In this document: positions 58,284-64,000 of the stretch, one piece after another
Layout of the letters: every line of letters begins with the position of its first letter
How positions within the stretch are numbered: the stretch's first letter is position 1
Source of the DNA: Cladosporium halotolerans
Taxonomy: Eukaryota
DNA: 64,000 bases
Direction: 5' to 3'
Assembly (NCBI RefSeq): GCF_011745625.1
Contig: NW_027191458.1
Location: 1 to 64,000 of the forward strand
Position numbers and translations under genes: made by a program
The notes under the pieces: model-generated
What the model saw: the letters and a program-made list of their open reading frames with translations, nothing else
Databases searched by the model: none
Told to the model about the DNA's origin: nothing

Positions 58284-59828
58284 CTAATGCCTCCAAATCC
58301 TCACCGCCTTATCCTGCCCACCACTCCCCACCCTCTCGCCATCCGGGCTCCAGTCCACCGCGAAAACCTGATCCTTATGCCCCGGCAAATTCTCCGCCAA
58401 CTTGCCCGTCCGCACCTCCCACGCCTTCAGCGTCGTGTCCTTGCTTCCCGAAACCAGCAAGCGGCTGTCCGGGCTGAAAGCAACCATGTACACGGCGCCG
58501 ACGTGCCCGCGCAGCGTGTGCAGGTACTTGCCGTCGGCGGCGTTCCAGAGCTTGACGTGGTTGTCGAAGCCCGCGGACGCGATCGTCGTGCCGTCCGGGG
58601 AGAAGGTGACGTGGTTGACCTGCTTCTGGTGGCCGATGAGGCGCGCGAGGGGCTTCGTCGACTTCGAGGGCTCCCACAGGTAGATTGTGCAGTCGTCTGA
58701 GGCGGTCACGAGGCGCTCGACGCCGTGCGCGGGGAGCGTGGCGGCTTTGTAGCGCTCGAGGGCTTTGGCGCGTTTGCCTTCGACTGTGTCGGGGATTTCT
58801 TTCTTGCCTTTGTGGTCATGGAAGCCTGTGCGGAGGACGTGGTCGGTGGAGAGGGCGAGGTGATTGACCCAGTGGGCGTGCGAGGAGAGAGTGTGCAGCA
58901 GAGTGCCCTTGCGAGCGTCCCAAAGCTTGACGGTGCGGTCGTGCGAAGCCGTGTAGATTGTGCCGCCTTCACCGGCGCCGCCCCATTTCACGCATGATAC
59001 GCTCGCCTTGTGGCCGGTCAGGGCCATGTCTGTGTGCTTGCTGACTGCGTCCCAGATGCGGACGGTGAAATCACGGCTGGCGGATGCGAGGCGTGGGCGT
59101 CCCGTCTCGCGCAAATGGTAGGGTTCCCAGCATATGCTCGTGATCCATTTGGTGTGACCTTTGAGAGCGCCGCCCAGCGGCGTGCCGGTTTTAGGGTCCC
59201 AGAGGCGAACGGTGTTGTCCATGCTGCCGGTGGCGAGAATGCCGTCGTCCGGCGACCAGGCGACCGCAAGCACCCAACCAGTGTGTCCCTTCAGGGTGTG
59301 CATCGGCGTTCCAGTATCGCAGTCCCATATTCTAGCGGTGTTGTCTCCACTGCCTGTTGCTAGTCTACTTGAGCTCCCGGGCGAAAAAGCTGTTGTGAGG
59401 ATGCTCTCTCCGTGTCCGCTAATGCTTGCTGAACATCTTGTCACCGCTTTGACCTTGAACACCGCCTCTGCTCTGCAAGGAATATCCAGCTGCAACTCTG
59501 TCGTCACCTTTCCCTGCACGTATGCCTTGATCACTTCATCCTGGTTGAATTCGCCCTCGCCGATAGGGTTGTAGAAGCGATAAGGTAATCTTTCTGTCGG
59601 GTCTGTGTGGCCGAGAAGGCTGTTGAGGAGAAGCGAAAGGTTCTTCGGGTCGAGATCTGCGAGCGATACTGTGACAACGGGCCCGTGGGGCTCGCCTGTG
59701 TCTGCGTCTCTGAACTGAATGCGTTGGAGGCCTTCGGGAACCGCAGCAGGAGCTGCGACCTGCTCGCGGGCGCGTGTGGCCTCGGAGGTCTTTTGCCGCT
59801 TGGAAGGCGGAGGCAGAACGGTCGCCAT
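58284..59828 (-). CDS. RSA4: Ribosome assembly protein Rsa4/Notchless (NLE + WD40)
   Basis: MATVLPPPSKRQK, AVFKVKAVTRCS, repeated WD40s, HAHWVNHLALSTD. Confidence 0.96.
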   Translation of the reverse strand: MATVLPPPSKRQKTSEATRAREQVAAPAAVPEGLQRIQFRDADTGEPHGPVVTVSLADLDPKNLSLLLNSLLGHTDPTERLPYRFYNPIGEGEFNQDEVIKAYVQGKVTTELQLDIPCRAEAVFKVKAVTRCSASISGHGESILTTAFSPGSSSRLATGSGDNTARIWDCDTGTPMHTLKGHTGWVLAVAWSPDDGILATGSMDNTVRLWDPKTGTPLGGALKGHTKWITSICWEPYHLRETGRPRLASASRDFTVRIWDAVSKHTDMALTGHKASVSCVKWGGAGEGGTIYTASHDRTVKLWDARKGTLLHTLSSHAHWVNHLALSTDHVLRTGFHDHKGKKEIPDTVEGKRAKALERYKAATLPAHGVERLVTASDDCTIYLWEPSKSTKPLARLIGHQKQVNHVTFSPDGTTIASAGFDNHVKLWNAADGKYLHTLRGHVGAVYMVAFSPDSRLLVSGSKDTTLKAWEVRTGKLAENLPGHKDQVFAVDWSPDGERVGSGGQDKAVRIWRH

Positions 59829-60143
59829 GTCGAATCTGGAATTTCAGGGCGGTAGGATGGATTTTGGTGAAACTATTCTTGCCGGCGCATTCGTCTGTAG
59901 AAGGAAATAATCTTGACGCTGCGGACCCTTTCCGCTCCAAAATTTCCAGCATGTGAACTTGGAGGTGCAGCTTTCTTGGGCTTGCCGCTCGACTTTCTAG
60001 AAGAACACCACATTCGCTACGAGACTGTCGCAAGAGCGGGCGATCGCTGAGAAGAGAAGGAGATTGTGGAGTCCATTTGAAAAGATATTGCATGGGCAGA
60101 AGTTGAAGGCATAAGAGGGTACCGACCGAGGAAGCCCGCGAAA

Positions 60144-63077
60144 ATGGCGTACAAAGCCGATGTCAAGACGACTTTCGACCCAACTCGTGTGATCCAGCCG
60201 ATCTACACCGGCGGAACTGTAGCAACCAGCGGTAACGGCAAGATCCTGGCCACATGCCTCGGCGAGGAGGCTCTTCTCACAGATCTAAACACTGGAGCGC
60301 ATTTGGCGCGGATAGAAGGCGTGAGTCTCGCTGCTTGAAAGAAGGTCCTTTGCTCTCTCTGGACTGACCGTTGACCAAGATCGCAGGACGGTGAGCAAAT
60401 CACTACGCTTGCGTTCACACCCGACGGCCTCTATCTCGCAATATGCTCGAGATCCTTGTCTATGCGCATCTATGCGCTGCGACCTTCAGACGACCTGGAC
60501 GAGACAATTGAGCCGAAACTTCTGCGCACCGTAAAGCCCCATGCTGCTCCCGTCGTCACCAGCGCCGTCGACTCAACAAGCTCTCTTCTGGCTACTGGAG
60601 GTGCAGACGGAATTGTAAAAGTATGGGATCTGAGAGGAGGCTTTGTCACACATACATTTCACGGCCACAGCGGCGTCATTTCTGCGCTCCACTTCTTCCA
60701 GGTGGAAGCTTCCGAGGAGCAGCCAACGAGCAAGAGCAAGAAGCGAAAGAGCAGACAGCAGGATGAGGAGGAGAATTCAGATGAGGCCACGATCGGATAC
60801 AGGCTGGCTTCCGGTGGAGAGGATGGAAAAGTCAGGGTTTGGGATCTGCACAAGCGCAAGAGCGTCGCCATACTTGATTCTCATGTTTCCGTGGTCAGGA
60901 GCCTGGATTACTCTCCGGAGCAGAAATTGCTGCTCTCAGGCAGCCGGGACAAGACCGTGATCGCATGGGATGCACCAACGTGGAAGGCGAAGGCTACCGT
61001 GCCGGTGCTTGAGGTCGTCGAAAGCGTTGGCTTTGTGCAGGAGGGCGCATATTTTTATACCGCCGGTGAAACCGCCAGGCTTCGGGTTTGGAGCGTCGAG
61101 GCTGGCGGCGAGATCACCGAAGAGCAAGAGCCTGGTTCGGAGATTGAGGCGATCGTGCAGGTATTACATCAACCGGGTCTCCCGTTCGTGCTTACCGTGC
61201 ATGCGGATCAGACACTGGTTTTGAGGTCACTAGAACCTCTGGCAACACGACCAAACCGCAAGATCCCATCACTTCCTGTCATCCGACGCATTTCCGGTAC
61301 ACACGACGAAGTCATCGACCTGGCATACATCGGGTCAGATCGCAATCTGCTTGCCTTGGCAACCAACCTTGAGGATATCCGCATCGTTTCATTGGAAGGC
61401 GGAGCTTCTCGTTCATCAAGCGATACGCCGTACTTTGGCGCGGACGTAGCGCTTTTGAAAGGCCACGACGATATCATCATCACAATTGACTCAGACTGGT
61501 CAGGTCACTGGCTTGCGACAGGTGCGAAGGATAACACAGCCAAGCTTTGGAGACTGGACCCAGCCAACAACTCATACGAGTGCTACGCGACTTTCACAGG
61601 CCATGCCGAGAGCATTGGAGCTGTGGCATTACCGAACGCGGTTCCCCAACTCGGATCTAAGGCTTACAACAACCCGCTCGAGCACCCTCCAAAGTTCCTC
61701 ATCACAGGTAGTCAGGACAAGACGATCAAGCGATGGGATATCGGTACGCAAGGCAAGGCCGCACGTGCCAATTACACCCGCAAGGCGCACGACAAGGACA
61801 TCAACGCGATCGAAGTGTCTCATTCGGAAAATGCACCGCTGTTTGCTTCCGCGTCCCAGGATCGCACGGTCAAGATTTGGGATGTTGAGGCCGGGGAAAC
61901 CATTGGTGTGCTGCGTGGACACAAGCGTGGTGTCTGGTCTGTTGCTTTCGCACCCACCGACATGCCTGCCCTGACCACCGGCGAAAGCGGCGGAGCAAGC
62001 AGCGCCAAGGGCATGGTAGTGACGGGTAGCGGTGACAAGACTGTGCGTGTGTGGAGTCTGACGGACTACAGCTGCTTGCGGACATTCGAAGGTCACGTAA
62101 ACAGTGTGTTGAAGGTTGTGTGGCTCCCGCCTCCGCCCAAGCAGGCAAAGAGCGATTCACGAAGAGGCATTCAAGTTGCAAGTGCTGCTGGCGATGGTCT
62201 CGTGAAGGTGTGGGATGCACAGAGTGGCGAATGTGCGGCGACATTAGACAATCACATCGATCGTGTGTGGGCTCTTGCGGTCAAGCCGAAGCCCTTGCTC
62301 TCCGAGGCAGAGCAGAAGAGACTGAGCAGCAAGGACTCTGAAATGGCTGACGCCGATGAGGACGAGTCCCACGAGGACCAAGTTACACTGGTGTCCGGTT
62401 CTGCCGACAGCACCCTCACATTCTGGACCGATACCACCGCAATCACCGCACAGCAGGCCACCACCCAGGCGACAGCTCGCATAGAGCAAGACCAAGAACT
62501 CCAGAACCACATCCGCGCCAACAACTACCGCGAAGCCATCGTCCTTGCCCTCCAACTCAACCACCCCAAACGCCTCCTCGACCTCTTCAGCGCAGTCGTC
62601 AGCGGGACACACGACCCTGCTTCAATCTGCGGCAATGCCGATGTCGACGAGGTGCTCTCCAACCTTAGTGATGCTCATCTCTGGGCCTTGCTCCGCCGTC
62701 TGCGTGACTGGAATGCGAACGCCCGCACTCACAATGTAGCGCAGCACATCCTCTACGCTCTTTTGCGATTACATCCCAAGGAGCGTCTCCTGAATGTCCG
62801 CAAGAGGAGAAAGACGCCCATCCCTGCTATCGATGAAGAAGTCAACGGCGATTTGGCCCAAGCGATGGGAACTCTGAGCACGAAGGAGAAGACGCAGGAA
62901 AGCGTGAAGGATGTTCTCGATGGCTTGAAGGCCTACACCGAGAGGCATTACCAGCGTCTGGACAAGATGAGCGAAGAGCGATTCGTCTTGCTCTGGGCGC
63001 TGCAACAAATGGATGGTGTCGCTGCCGGAGGTGCCCTTGATGGATTCCGGAACGACGATGTGATGATGCTGGAATAG
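60144..63077 (+). CDS. UTP13: U3 snoRNP WD40 protein Utp13/TBL3
   Basis: Intron 60321-60386; many WD40s; C-terminal EQDQELQN, LRDWNANAR, AYTERHYQRL. Confidence 0.95.
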
Positions 63078-63560
63078 AGGGTAGGAGAAGATGCTAGAGC
63101 ATGGCAGGAAAATTTGGTAGTCGAATGTAAGATCCAATGTGACGACTGGAAGAGAATAAGATTTTCCTCACGCCTCTAGAGAATTCTCACAACAAAATTC
63201 AGCTTCATGATGGCACTTCGACGATTCGATACGTTTCACGAAACATCAATTGGAAGAACTGACGATCGTTCGAGAGCGAACTTGGAGATGCTTCGTCTCC
63301 GGCGAGAAACAATATAAAGGGCTCTTCCTGGCCCTCCCTCTCAATCTTTTCTTCCCATCCTCCTCAACCACAGCGTGATTAACCTCAGTACAGCTACCTA
63401 GCTCGCACCACCGACACCAATTATCCTTTACCATATCGACAACAGTATACGACCTCTCACATTAGCATAAACAGAATCCCAACTTCTCGGTCCATTTGAC
63501 CTTAATCTGATCAAGATCACCGGTACAATCTCGATTCTCAACTGCCAATCGTCGACTATC

Positions 63561-64000
63561 ATGGGGTACTCAGATTCCACCGGCGCGGGAAGACACTGGA
63601 TGTCTCGGCGCAGTTTCTCCATCATGTTCGCCCGTCTCATGGTAACCCTGCTCGCTCTATGCTTCGTCTCCGAGTTGCCCCATCTCCTCACCTTCGCCCA
63701 CGCCAGTCCGACAACTCACCTGGCGCGTCGCGAATCCTTGCAAGAGCGTGGGATTGGGGACGCCCTTCTTCAGCCTCTAAGGGACGCCAACATGACCCAG
63801 GTCTTCGGAGTCATCCTGAAGAGCATCATCCCTCCTTTACCTGTCCCTTCCTCTCATTCGCCGACCCCGCCGACCGAGCACGGTACGGCTGCGATCGACA
63901 AGGTCGCACATCACGCTGCCAAAGAACTCCAATTCAACCTTGACTTTGACCGAATTCACGAGGTGTTCGAGGCGTCTTATGCGCGTCGGGATCAGAGCGG
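63561..64000 (+). CDS. 5' part of a probable secreted protein (runs off the window)
   Basis: Frame open from ATG 63561 to the window end; signal-like MFARLMVTLLALCFVSELPHLLTFAHASP. Confidence 0.55.
   Translation, partial: MGYSDSTGAGRHWMSRRSFSIMFARLMVTLLALCFVSELPHLLTFAHASPTTHLARRESLQERGIGDALLQPLRDANMTQVFGVILKSIIPPLPVPSSHSPTPPTEHGTAAIDKVAHHAAKELQFNLDFDRIHEVFEASYARRDQS

Overview
Eukaryotic genomic DNA from a filamentous ascomycete (short GT-AG introns with CTRAC/CTAAT branch points and a RIP-damaged repeat; Dothideomycete-like by impression only). The window opens with a ~1.5 kb AT-rich relic nearly devoid of CpA/TpG, carrying palindromic subterminal repeats. An accessory-looking ~20 kb tract follows: a degenerate ORF, a SnoaL/PEP2-like gene, a Zn2Cys6 regulator, an ankyrin+CorA-like gene, a membrane protein, a class 3 lipase and a second ankyrin gene. 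Both ankyrin genes are broken by exactly one in-frame TAA. Next come aspartyl aminopeptidase, a sugar transporter-P450-Zn2Cys6 trio, and mostly housekeeping genes (ATG10, U1A/U2B'', ARC40, FMO, RSM23, MFS, intron-containing tRNA-Leu(AAG), PEX11 family, BNA6, CE1 acetylxylan esterase, APE2, DDR48-like, RSA4, UTP13). The best leads are the two single-stop ankyrin genes, a candidate H/ACA snoRNA, two other structured intergenic segments, and two aminopeptidases with in-frame presequence-like extensions. Nothing here can be shown to be a new system from sequence alone. Exon boundaries and RNA folds were read by eye.
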